A stretch of 64,000 bases of DNA from Lepidodermella squamata. Its lineage: Eukaryota; Animalia; Gastrotricha. The notes under the pieces are model-generated. The model had not been told where the DNA came from, ran no database searches, and saw only the letters and a list, made by a program, of their open reading frames with translations. The stretch lies in contig JBLDXI010000033.1 in NCBI GenBank assembly GCA_047495785.1, forward strand, positions 1,550,001-1,614,000. The letters run 5' to 3'. A program made the translations under genes and the position numbers. Of the stretch, positions 12,283-23,555 are shown piece by piece; positions within the stretch are counted from its first letter, which is position 1, and the number at the start of each line of letters is the position of its first letter.

Positions 12283-12991
12283 TTTTACGCCGCTATATCG
12301 ATTACTGTTTTTCAATAATAAAATTGATCAAGCTCCGCATCTCTCATCGGTGAGTCAGCCACTGTATTGGGAGCAGCTGTAACAATGATATTTTTGTCAA
12401 CAAAACACTGAGAACGCTGCCAAAAGCGCTTCTTGTTTTAATAATATATAATTGTTGGGTTGCTCGGTGGGTATATACTTCGTTATTAGAGATATTTCGT
12501 TCAGAAATATTGAAGCTCACAACATTTACTCAGCTGCCTGTAATAAAGTAAAGAAGTCATCGAATTATCAATGGCAGTTGACATGATGTAGTTCATGTGT
12601 TTCCCTAACCATTCTCAAAACTTCTCTTTTTAACGAGAATCAACATTTTAGTTTCGAAAATCATCGAAAATCCTAAAAAAAATTAGGAAATTATCCAAAT
12701 TTGTAATCAGAATATCTTTCAGCGGAACCTAATTTTAGATGAGCCAAAGGTCGCTTTTCGAAAATTTCTACGAAATGAATGAATTCTATAGTGAAGAATG
12801 CGTCTTATACAGAATTTTACGCTGAATTTAATGAGGATCTATTTCAAATTATTCTGATCAATCATGACATCCTTGAAAGTTTCGAAAAGTGGTTTTAGGC
12901 TCATTGATATTTCCAAAATTTGGTTACGCTACAAGTAAGACCCATTTTTAATTAATTATTTTTAGAATTTCAATTTTTTAAAACAGAACCA

Positions 12992-13567
12992 ATGATTTTG
13001 GTATATTCGCCTCTCCTTCTGTCAGTTGTTGGATTGTTGTTGCTCCAGTTAGCGCAGCATTCCAATGCTGTATTGTGCTACGTCGGGTATAACCTTCGCC
13101 AAAATCCCGGCATTATGGAACAAGACGGCTGCAGTGTTTGCCGGTTGATAATTCGCTATAAATTACCGCCCGAGGTGATTGAAATGGCCGAAGCTGAGGC
13201 GGAAGACGGCAACGTGCAACTGCTAACAAATGACACCGAGGCGATGCAACTCCTAATGCAAGCTTTCAACGGATCTTTCGTGGTACCACTCACTGGTGAC
13301 AGCGCAAAAAACAAGGAGTATAAAGGCGACCCGGGTGAGCCTGTTCCGATACCTATGACGCCGCTTCACACGTGTTTCGCATCAACGGCGACAATGGAAA
13401 GGTGTCGAGCTACCTGCAAATCGATGCGGGCAAATTCGCCGCCGAATGAGTACATCCACGAATGTCGCTGCTGTGCGACTAATCTATGCAACAGTGGGAA
13501 CTTCCTTACTCTAGATTTACGGATTATTATTTTGGAGCTTTCATTCATTGCCGCATTGATTAGCTGA
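12992..13567 (+). CDS. Ly6/three-finger-like GPI-anchored protein, paralogue 5
   Basis: Signal, CYVGY, MEQDGCSVC, long insert, TCF, CRATC, ECRCCATNLCNSG, hydrophobic tail. Confidence 0.8.
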   Translation: MILVYSPLLLSVVGLLLLQLAQHSNAVLCYVGYNLRQNPGIMEQDGCSVCRLIIRYKLPPEVIEMAEAEAEDGNVQLLTNDTEAMQLLMQAFNGSFVVPLTGDSAKNKEYKGDPGEPVPIPMTPLHTCFASTATMERCRATCKSMRANSPPNEYIHECRCCATNLCNSGNFLTLDLRIIILELSFIAALIS

Positions 13568-13713
13568 TAAATTCCTGGTATCTCTATCGTTCATCACTAA
13601 ATCTCTGCTTCGCGCTAAAGATCTGCTTCGCGCTAAATTCCTGGTATCTCTATCGTTCATCACTAAATCTCTGCTTCGCGCTAAAGATCGCGCTGCTAAA
13701 GATCTGCTTCGCG
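13568..13713. repeat. Tandem duplication of about 66 bp with internal ctgcttcgcgctaaa sub-repeats
   Basis: taaattcctggtatctctatcgttcatcactaaatctctgcttcgcgctaaagatc occurs twice, immediately after the stop codon of paralogue 5. Confidence 0.85.
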
Positions 13714-14002
13714 CTGAAATACTGTTGATTGACAAATAAAAACCTCTTTTTTAATTTTAAGGTGGAAAATTTGTAATTTTTTTATAGCGTATTAGGTCGA
13801 GGTTGTTGAGAGCTCTTGATGATTCTGTCAGCTGTCAAAAATCATTTGCAGTGTAACATATTCTAAATATGGTGTAATCGTTTATCATCGATCGCTAGAC
13901 AAGCGATGATGTGAATTTTACGACATGTGAGCTTTCCTAATATATTCAAGTGCTCGGAGAGATTCAGTGCTTATTTTTTCGTTACAAAATACTCGTCAAG
14001 AA

Positions 14003-14491
14003 ATGAAAACCAGTAATGACCTTTTAATTGTTGCTTTATTCGATATTTTAGTCATCCACCCTTGCTCGGCCATTTCTTGCTACATCGGAGCCGGATCTCA
14101 AACGCGTCAGCAAATCGTGGAGCAATTCGGTTGCCAAGTTTGCCGTTTCGTGCAGCGATACAAACTGCCAGATGGGGAAACTTCTCCTCCTTTGCCTCCT
14201 GCGACAACAACTACCAAGGATGGCTACGAGATAGTAGACAAAACGACCGGTTTTGATCCTATACCAAGCAAAGCCACGCTATTGATGCCGCAGTACACGT
14301 GTTTCGCCGGCGCTGCGACTACGCTGAAGCGGTGTTTGCGAACTTGCAGGGCGCTGAAATCGACGCTTCCGAAAAATGAGTTCGTCAGCGAGTGCAAATG
14401 CTGTACAACCAATCTATGCAACTCGGGCTACCGAAAATTGGCGAAATATGTTGTAACCTTGCTTTTCATTCCTCTCATTTTGACACTTTGA
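14003..14491 (+). CDS. Ly6/three-finger-like GPI-anchored protein, paralogue 6
   Basis: Signal, CYIGAG, VEQFGCQVC, Pro/Thr insert, TCF, CLRTC, ECKCCTTNLCNSG, hydrophobic tail. Confidence 0.8.
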   Translation: MKTSNDLLIVALFDILVIHPCSAISCYIGAGSQTRQQIVEQFGCQVCRFVQRYKLPDGETSPPLPPATTTTKDGYEIVDKTTGFDPIPSKATLLMPQYTCFAGAATTLKRCLRTCRALKSTLPKNEFVSECKCCTTNLCNSGYRKLAKYVVTLLFIPLILTL

Positions 14492-15466
14492 AACGCGAAA
14501 AACTGCCGTAATAAATGCAATATTTGATTCAAGATTAGTCTGTTTTCCAATAGGTTGGTCAGTGGAACCGAGTCAATAGCACAGAACTATACCTAATTGA
14601 AATTAAAAGACGAAGCCTTGAGATAAGTTCCAGACAGTTTCGACATGAAGATACTGAAACCATGAAATAAGGAATTTGGTGTTTCACGCTTTCCCTATGA
14701 TCTGTATTTTTTATTATGTAATCGATAGATCTCACGTATTTTGCGCTATTAGCGGTCACATTTCGAGTCATATTGATGCCAGTAGAGCCGTTATCGATTT
14801 TACATTTTACAAATCAGTGATTTATCGGATATTAGTAGCCAAAAAGCCAGGGTTGGAAATGTTTTTACTTAGCTAATGGTACGTGAAATTAAAATCACAG
14901 GGTCAGTATCGATCAACGAAAGACAAAGCCGGAATCGAAAAAAATCAGAAAACTTTATTGGCTACAGTATATTCCTATTTAGTGCGACATTTAAATTAGT
15001 GCAGCGACCTCAATTTTAGTTGTGCAAATATTTTGATCCTTTATGAATTTTATTTTCTATAAACGTTTTTAGCGTTTAATAACGAGCCAGTTTTTCCACT
15101 CGCCGCCTACTTTAATGATTATCCATCATTGTCCGTTGGGATGCAGATTTCTGTCATGATGGAAGAGTCAAAATAACAAAAAAACAAGACCCATTTGAGT
15201 GCTTATTCGTGCTAATAATTTGTCAGACAAGATTTCCGTTTTTCACCGAGCTTTTATTACAAAAAATACATGCGCTTATGCAATTTCCGCCTGGTTAATT
15301 AGCCATTCTAGATTTCCGCTTCGACTGTTCACCCGCAGCTAACCCACTCAGTGTTGAGATGGAGGGCCCTTTAAACTAATAGACGTTATACCGAAAATTC
15401 AGTAAACCTCGATTTATAAAAAAAATATTTCCCGCAGGAATTTAATCACCCTGATTTATATTTGAA

Positions 15467-15803
15467 ATGGCACGTTTCGCTTATTATACAGCTGTGGCCA
15501 TTATTGCCAGCCTAGCCCTGAGCATTAATGCTATGCCCATCATGGTTCCAGCGTCGGCACTGGGCGGTTCTCATCACAGGGGTGGTTCGATTTCACGAGG
15601 TGGAGACCCATTTGGCAACGACAATGCCAACATGTTCGGTAATTTTCATTCCTTTAAAATTATCCTCACCTAAGTTTCGATTTCCTTCAGGGAACCCATT
15701 CATGGAATCAGATGGCGAGATGCAGTCGAAGATTGATAAGTGCATGCAAACGTTCGGATCTATGGCGCTGTGCTCCGACCCTGCAAATTTGAACGTCTTC
15801 TAA
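15467..15803 (+). CDS. Small secreted peptide precursor (about 95 aa, two exons), unknown family
   Basis: Strong signal peptide MARFAYYTAVAIIASLALSINA; intron about 15639-15690 (gtaatt..ttcag); C-terminal KIDKCMQTFGSMALCSDPANLNVF* with one Cys pair. Confidence 0.65.
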
Positions 15804-16181
15804 GTCTGCATATCTGTGACTTTCATTGCTTTAATAATTGCTTTTTGTCAGTTGAAATAATGATTGGCGGCCATATTTCTGCTTGAAATCACGCCCCATG
15901 ACAGATAGAAATAAACTAGTCGCTGGCATGACCTAAGAGACGCAGTTTTCTGTATCCTCTAACTTCAAAAATTGGAGGAGTGCTGAATCTATTTCACTGA
16001 CATTTTTCTAACTTATCCATAATAAATAACAAAAAATTATCGAAAAATAATATGAATTCAAGATCAAGGCTAATCAGTACCTACCTAATCGATAAAAATC
16101 TAAAATTCGAAAAAAATTAAAAACCACTGTACGAATTTGATATTTTAGCGTTCGCGAAATTCTGATTTTATTTCGTGCAAG

Positions 16182-17818
16182 CTATGAGAGTATAGCCGTA
16201 AAAATGATTATATCCATGAGTATGCTAACTAAAATAATGCTCAGGGCAACAGAAATATCAATAATTCGAATGACTTGAATTTTAAAGCCAAAAATATCGA
16301 TTCGTTCTTGCATTCGAGGCTGTTGTATTGTAACAAGAGCTGCCAGGGAGTACAATGTTAAAACCAGGCCAATTAAATGTTTCCCGACGACTAGATAGGT
16401 CAAGTAGACCGGCTCAGATGTTCGAGGAATGCCGTCCAATAGGAAATATGAGACTATTGTTGAAGCCAAGAGGGTGGTAACGCTGAGGGAAAGTCGTTCT
16501 GAAGCATCGGGAGGTATGATCAACGTTGCCAATTGAACTACAGCAGCTAGGTATGTCGGAAATAGTATCCTGTTCAGGAAATAGCTGGTTTTACGCCAGA
16601 AGATCACGGGGAACTCGATGATGAAAAATTGCCTATCCGCATCATAAAGTTGCTTCTGAACCGAGGCGTTCAGCAGTGGTAGCTCAAGCACCCAGATTTC
16701 AGACTCAGTAATAAATTCCAATTTTCCTATCACAAGAATCGAGAAATCCGAAACTTGATAATCTACGGTTCTATCGTGATCAACAGATGCGATGAGGATC
16801 GAACATGAAAGATGGTCGTACGGAAATCGTTTGTAGTTGAATCGCATGCAGGAGGTGTCGACCCGTCCAACTGATATTGAAAAAGCTTCAGCTTTGAATG
16901 GATATATTTGAATGTCGCGCATGTAGCTTGATGAAACAATGAAAAGATAGTAAAGATTAAACATGGAAATTTCATGAGTTAGACCAGTTACTTTGAAATT
17001 TTTCTACCCCAACCTTATACGCCGGAAAGGAAAGGAAGGAAAGGAAAGGAAAGGAAAGGAAAGGAAAGGAAAGGAAAGGAAAGGAAAGGAAAGGAAAGGA
17101 AAGGAAAGGAAAGGAAAGGAAAGGAAAGGAAAGGAAAGGAAAGGAAAGGAAAGGAAAGGAAAGGAAAGGAAAGGAAAGGAAAGGAAAGGAAAGGAAAGGA
17201 AAGGAAAGGAAAGGAAAGGAAAGGAAAGGAAAGGAAAACACAGCTGCACAGTGCTAGCTCAGCTTTTTAGTTATCAGCTGAAACGTTGTATAAAACCTTA
17301 TAAAACATTGACAAGCTTATTCGAGTTTCAAGACAGAGGCTAAACGATATTTTAAAAATTATATAAATTATAAAAGCATACTCGATTAGAGCCCATGCGT
17401 CTTGGTACGCGTTAACATGAGCGTAAATCGGGAACCAAATGGCATCTTTTGGCCGCGTAAAATAGAACTGTTCGACATAGCCGCTATTGTTAAGCTGCGT
17501 CGATGATGTGAGTGAAAGTTGCCGCAAAAATTCACTGCAGTCGCATGGCAGTGTCCACGAGACATCTAGCTCGACCAGAAGTGACAGTCTTTGCCTTGCA
17601 TCGTCGATTTCGATGAGCCTAAATAAGTTCAGCGCAAAACTAACATCGGTCTTGAATCCTGATTGATAAGCAGCTAAATTAGCCATGTTTTTCATTAGAG
17701 CAGTCGTGCAGAATTTTTCGAAATCATCCTCGACGGTAGCGGCGTTTTCAAGAAAGACTTGGCCTGACGCTAGGCGAAACAACTCCAAAGCTGCTGCTAG
17801 CGAGGTAATGCTGATCAT
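16182..17818 (-). CDS. Divergent Cys-loop ligand-gated ion channel subunit A (two exons)
   Basis: Exon 1 17818-17382, exon 2 16926-16182. Signal peptide, IEIDD..LSL..W.LPC, WFP, Cys-loop CMRFNYKRFPYDHLSC, M1 ..LFPTY, M2 PPDASERLSLSVTTLLA, PRTSE, M3, short loop, M4. Confidence 0.88.
17023..17237. repeat. (GGAAA)n microsatellite, about 42 units, in the intron of channel A
   Basis: Visible pentanucleotide repeat. Confidence 0.97.
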
Positions 17819-18073
17819 GTTTTTATTACAAATTTTCCATGCTTGCCAATAAATGCCAAAAAATCCGATATATGCAATTTTTTACATGGCTTCGAAGTAA
17901 AAAAGTTTGAATTATTTCCGGTAAATGAAACTCAAATTGGCATATTCATGAGTACGCGCGAGTTTTCTATCAATTGAGGCATAAAAATAATAGTGATTTA
18001 AGTGAGGGAAAAGCTTTTATTTACTTAATTCCGGCTCATTAGAGCTACAGCTTTCCACTCTCGTGTCATTTTC

Positions 18074-19290
18074 TCAAGTGATTATCAGCGAAAAGAATAT
18101 CGCGTCCAAGAGGATACTTATTGAAATTATAACAATCGCGACGAAAGTATCCAAAATCCGTATAAATTCCATTTTCTTGCCGCAGATTATTTTGATTCTT
18201 TGTTGCATTTTCGGTTGTTGTGCTACGGTGACTGTCGCCAGAGCATACAGCGTCATGACTACGCCAACCAACAGTTTTTCAACGATAAGGTACACGAAAT
18301 AAACGTGCTCTGATGTCTGCGGGATGGTGTTGAAAACCATGGCTAGCACGACGCTGGACGCTAGCACGACCGAAATGCTGAATGCAGGCCGGTCTGGAAC
18401 GTCAGGCGGCATGATCAAAGTAGCAATTTGCAGGACGTTAAGAGCGTAAGTCGGCAGAATGATGTTGCACAGGAAATAGTTGAATTTTCGCGTGAATTTC
18501 AGTGGAAATTCGAGGATAAAAAAACTTCCCAAACCTTGAACTGGCTGTTTTATGACCATTGCGTTGGGTAGAGGTGCCACAAACTCCCAAATTTCAGTCT
18601 CACCCATGAAGTTTATTTCACCTACAGGAAAGGTGTAGTAGCCAGTGATGTTGTAGTCGACAGTTTTGTTGAAGTCCATTGATACCATTAGAATCGAACA
18701 AGACAGTTCATCGAAAGGGAATTTCGTGAAAGAGAACCCTACACAGGCGGTGTCAATTCTTCCGACTGACGTTGAATAAGCCTGCGATTTGAATGGCAAA
18801 ACATGGACGTCGATCATATTACTAAAAAATAGTAACATTATTTAAAAAAGAACGGTTTTTTTGCTCACTTTGGTAAGACCCAGGTGTCTTCGTAAGCGTT
18901 AATGTGTGAAAGCACAGGGTACCAAATCGCCTCTTTCGGCCTGGGAAAGGAGAAATTGTCAACATTGTTGTTCGAATTCGCTGATTTTAGCCGCGAAAAT
19001 TCCTGACTGTCACAAGGTAAGGACCAGACTAGATCCATTTCAACGAATAACGAAAGTCGCTTCAGCAAATCATTGATCTCGATGAAGCGGAACATGTTGA
19101 AAATAACTTGAATTTCGGTTATGGCGCCCAATTGGTAGGCGGCAACATTTGCCATATTTTTAGACAAGCCGATCGGGCAGAATTGCTCGTAATCATTCTC
19201 GATGCTGAATGCATTTTCTAAAATAGGCCGATTACCCAAAGTTGCTTCCACAAGGACAATCGCAATTGATAGATGTTCAATAGAAACCAT
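18074..19290 (-). CDS. Divergent Cys-loop channel subunit B (two exons)
   Basis: MVSIEH.. signal; intron of about 47 nt (gtgagc..ttttag); Cys-loop CVGFSFTKFPFDELSC; M2 PDRPAFSISVVLA; four TM helices. Confidence 0.88.
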
Positions 19291-19905
19291 GCTGTTAAAC
19301 TTCACATGTATATCAATAAATTCTTTTTATCATCATACAGGATCGACTCCGTCTGTAAAAATTAATTATTGGTAAAAGTTTAATATCCGATTTGTTGAAG
19401 CAGAACCTATCATTGCTAGCTTCCTGTGACTTGTAAGCAAACATCGTTGATACACTACTGCGATGCCCCACGACCCTAGAATTTTGAATTCTAGCTACTT
19501 GGTACCATCAGATAGGTAGACAACTTTTCGATGTTGGCTTCAATGACTTCTGATACAAAAAAATCAAAGATATGCAAAATCGATATTTGGAATCGATATC
19601 GGAACAATTTGCTGAAGAATTACTCCGAATGGGAAAATCTATGATGATCCACGATCCACGAAAAAAACCAAATTTAGGGAAAATTTAGTGGCGTGGCCCA
19701 AGATCAAAGGGCGGGCCATTAGAATTTCGAGTTTGAGGCAATGTTTGCGTATTGGTAAGCTCTATCGATTAGGCTTGAACATCTGGGAAAGACGCGATGA
19801 ACCTCGAAAAACCAAATTGTGGGAAAATGTATATGCTTAGCGCTATTAGAATTTCGAATTCGAGGCAATGTTTGCTGAAACAGACTCAGTTTGTAATTTT
19901 ATTAT

Positions 19906-21365
19906 TTACGACGTGATAATCAGGAAAAAGCTAAGATCGCTCAAAACAGACGCTGCAATGACGATGATAGCAGTTGCGATGTCTATAATACGACCAAGTT
20001 CAATTCGATAGCTCGTATAAGGCTTTGTTAAAATTGGCTTTTTAGAAAGGCAGCATAAAACCAGTGATTGAAGTGTTATGACTACGCCCATCAGCAATTT
20101 TGTCACTACGAGGTCACACAGGTAAACTGGCTCTGATGTCGCCGGAATAGCGCCGAATACCATCGATAAGATTACACTGGATGCCAAGACTACTGTGATG
20201 CTATACGTTGGCCGGTCTGGGAGTTCAGGGTCAAGAAGAAGAGTGCCCAATTGAAGAAAATACAAGGCATACGTCGGCAGCAGGATGTAGCTGACGAAAT
20301 AGAAGTATTTTCGCTTGAAATAAATCTTGAACTCAAGCGTTTGCAAGGTCATGTTAAAAGCGTCGGAATACGTCGATTGGCGGAACGACAGCGGTCGATT
20401 AACCGCCCAAACGTCTGTGTCGCCAACGAAATCACTAAAATCCAGGTAGGTGAACGAGGCAATGCGATACTTAACTATCTCGGCTGGTTCAAAAGGCGTC
20501 AGGATGATGCCGCAAGCCAGTTCGTCCCATGGAAATTTCGAGAAGGAAAATCCCGAGCAGGCATTGTCGATTCTGCCTTCACTGTAGATTCCAGATGATG
20601 AGGTAAATGGAAACACGGCTGAATCACCAACAGTCAGCCTGTTTAAAATATTTAATGTCAATCAAACAGGTAATAATTAAATGAATGAAATATTTTAGCA
20701 AATCAATGCAACTTGAGGTAACTTAGGACAAATTCGTGTTTTCCGAGGATTAAAAATCAGCATTAATTGCCGAAATTTGCATATTTTTAGCAACAATTAG
20801 GGGAAGATGACTTCCGATTGGTCTGCAAATTTGGGCCGATTCAAGACATTTCACCTAATTTTTTGGCAATTTTTAACTTTTTTGCATGAATGTTTGCTTA
20901 CTTCATGATATCAAAGCTGTCTCGGAATGCGTTTTTGTGGGTCAGTTTTGGAATCCAGACATCTTGGGGTTTGTAACTCAGAGTGAAAGATGACACGCTA
21001 TCGGGGCATGAATAGCTGGGATTCAACACATTCTCAGTGTAGAGCGTTTCACATAGCAGTGAGACGTTACATGGAATATTCCAATCGATAGTGGTGCCCA
21101 TGTATAGCGACAAGCGTTGCTCGAGGTCTGATATTTCAACCATGCGATGCAGGCTGATAGATATATCAACCGTTGTCTGGTCTGTTTGGCCTTCTCGGAA
21201 TGCAACTTCAACTGGGAGATTCCGTGAGGTCGTTATGGGACACAAGCGCTCGAAGATTTTCACCACCATTTGCGGATTGCTGAAATACCCTTGTGCATTA
21301 GTAGCCGAAGGGCAAATCGATTTGATAGCGGCAATACCGAGTAAAAGGTATCCAGATAGCATCAT
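19906..21365 (-). CDS. Divergent Cys-loop channel subunit C (two exons)
   Basis: Exon 1 ends DIMK (gtaagc), exon 2 follows ttttaaacag; Cys-loop CSGFSFSKFPWDELAC; M2 PDRPTYSITVVLA; four TM helices. Confidence 0.88.
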
Positions 21366-21589
21366 GCCGTCTAAAAAACAGTCATCGATAAAAAATACTA
21401 AGATATGACCCTAAAGATAAATTAAAAAGAGAGAGCAGTCACTGTAATGAACGTAGTCATTTTATGTGCGCCGAAATTATTTATCAAGAGTTTTTGCTTT
21501 CTTAGTCGCGTGACCATTTTTCACTTGTCAAGAGCTCTATAAGAAGTACAGCCAAATCAACGCAGCTGATAAGTGATTTCGGGTGGCTA

Positions 21590-21967
21590 TGTTACGACCC
21601 AAGTCCGAAAGCGACCACATCGCGGTCTGGTCGACCAGACCCCGACAGGGCATTACGCGTGTTCCACGCTCTGGTCGACCAGGATGCGACAAGCCTGCAA
21701 TCTCTCTTATGAAACACCCTTATCGCGCTTCGGCTTGCAGGTGTCAACCCAGGTACGGTGGGTTCCAAACCGAGAACAATGGGCGCGTTGAAATCACTGG
21801 GTGAGCTCGTGGCTCTCAAACGCAGTCGGACTCTGGCTCGTGCGCGCGTGTGTGTCAGAGCACGGCTGGACAATGCATTCCTTTGTTCTCGGTTTGGAAC
21901 CCACCGTACCTGGGTTGACACCTGCAAGCCGAAGCGCGATAAGGGTGTTTCATAAGAGAGATTGCAG
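21590..21967. repeat. LTR-like fragment containing an 85-bp perfect inverted repeat
   Basis: Begins TGTTACGACC. 21695-21779 is the exact reverse complement of 21883-21967. An outer imperfect IR pairs about 21425-21505 with about 22000-22072. Confidence 0.6.
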
Positions 21968-22676
21968 AAAAACTAGTCAAGCAACCAACAACCAACAACC
22001 AAGAAAGCAATAACTCTAGATGGATCATTTCGCGCACATAAAAGTATTACAATGACAGAGATCTCTCTTTTTATTCATGACGATTGATATGACGATCGCG
22101 CGTGCTTCCCGTTATTCGTTTTGCAGTCAAATACACAGTATTGCGATTATTTCAAAAATCAATTAAAAATAAACATCATGCTCCAAAAATTCCATGAAAA
22201 TTCCAGCTGGCTACTTGACGTTATTGGCACCTGCTAAAATATAATTTGCAATATTCGTAGAACTTGTGGTTTTCGCTATGATACATTTCTATAGGATCCA
22301 AAGGTCGCGTGAGTTTATTTTCACATAACAGGGCTAGATCGCGAGTTTCTTCAGCATTTTTTATTTATGAAAAACAGTAAAATAACCAACAATCATTTAT
22401 TTAGCGGATTTACGTTTGAGCGCTGCCTAGCCAGCCCGATTGATTGGAGGTGGAGCCGTAATGGATTATAATTGTATTGCCATCGCTCACTTCCGCTGTC
22501 AATCAGATCACTCAGCCATGGCTACCTTAGCCACATGCACGTAACACTCAATACTAATTAGCGGCGGGTAAATAAGCCCATGGTATTTTCGGGCTCCGAA
22601 TATGAGTCCAAAAAATGCTGCAGCTTTGGCTCATGGTTCTTGCTGTTTTTATTTGTCTCTTATATTATAATCGGTC

Positions 22677-23318
22677 GAATTACCCTCACTTGCGCATTCA
22701 TCACTTGCGCATTTATCACTTGCGCATTTGAAAATTATCACTTGCGCATTAAATAATGATTTTACAGCCTGTTGTTCACCAGTTGATGAATTATTATGAA
22801 ATTTTTTATAAATTTTTATTTGCGATACTTGACGCAGTTATTACTCAATCAACGTCTTATTACAAAGTAATGACAAAAGTACAGAGCAAGTAAAAGAGTA
22901 AGGCCGAGCGAAAATCAAGCATTATTCTTCATTAGTCGTCGGCTGCAAGAGCCCTCGTCTTGGGCCGTGTGCTGGGCGTATTTTGCCGTTCTGCCCGATG
23001 AAGCCTGCCATCTTGTCCAGGTGTTCATAGGCATTCATGCATTCATTTCCAAGGATTTATCTTCGAGAACACAAATTTTCACTGGGCAGCATGTCTTCCG
23101 CTGGTATGAATTTGAATTTGGGCAGTAACGCACTATATGTCTACACACACGTGACTAACAGATGTGACACCTGCCAATCTTATTTTATAAAAATTTCATA
23201 ATAATTCGTCAACTGGTGAACAACAGGCTGTAAAATCATTATTTAATGCGCAAGTGATAATTTTCAAATGCGCAAGTGATAAATGCGCAAGTGATAAATG
23301 CGCAAGTGAGGGTAACCC
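22677..23318. mobile_element. Mutator/MULE-like non-autonomous element
   Basis: TIRs of about 135 bp with tandem ATCACTTGCGCATT sub-repeats; flanking direct repeat AATCGGTC(G) at 22669 and 23319. Internal minus-strand MNAYEHLDKMAGFIG resembles the MULE transposase C-terminal xxEYLxxIA motif. Confidence 0.75.
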
Positions 23319-23555
23319 AATCGGTCGAACTTAAAAATAAATCGCCGAAAATTGGGGGACAAAAATATTACGAAGAAAGGAAAGGAAATTAGGGAACTAG
23401 ACTCATAGCCGATTTTTATGGTCCATGTCTGATTGTAAGTCATAAACCTCATTGCAAGAATCAGTTTGCGTCGTGAAGTCGGCACAAAAAAAGGAAAGAT
23501 TCAAAAATTATAAAGAATTATTTCGAAGATTGATTCAGCAGGGCTGCAATGCTGT

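Noticed and set aside
16972-17343. ORFs of FPFLS / KERKG repeats
   Set aside because: Translations of the intronic (GGAAA)n microsatellite.
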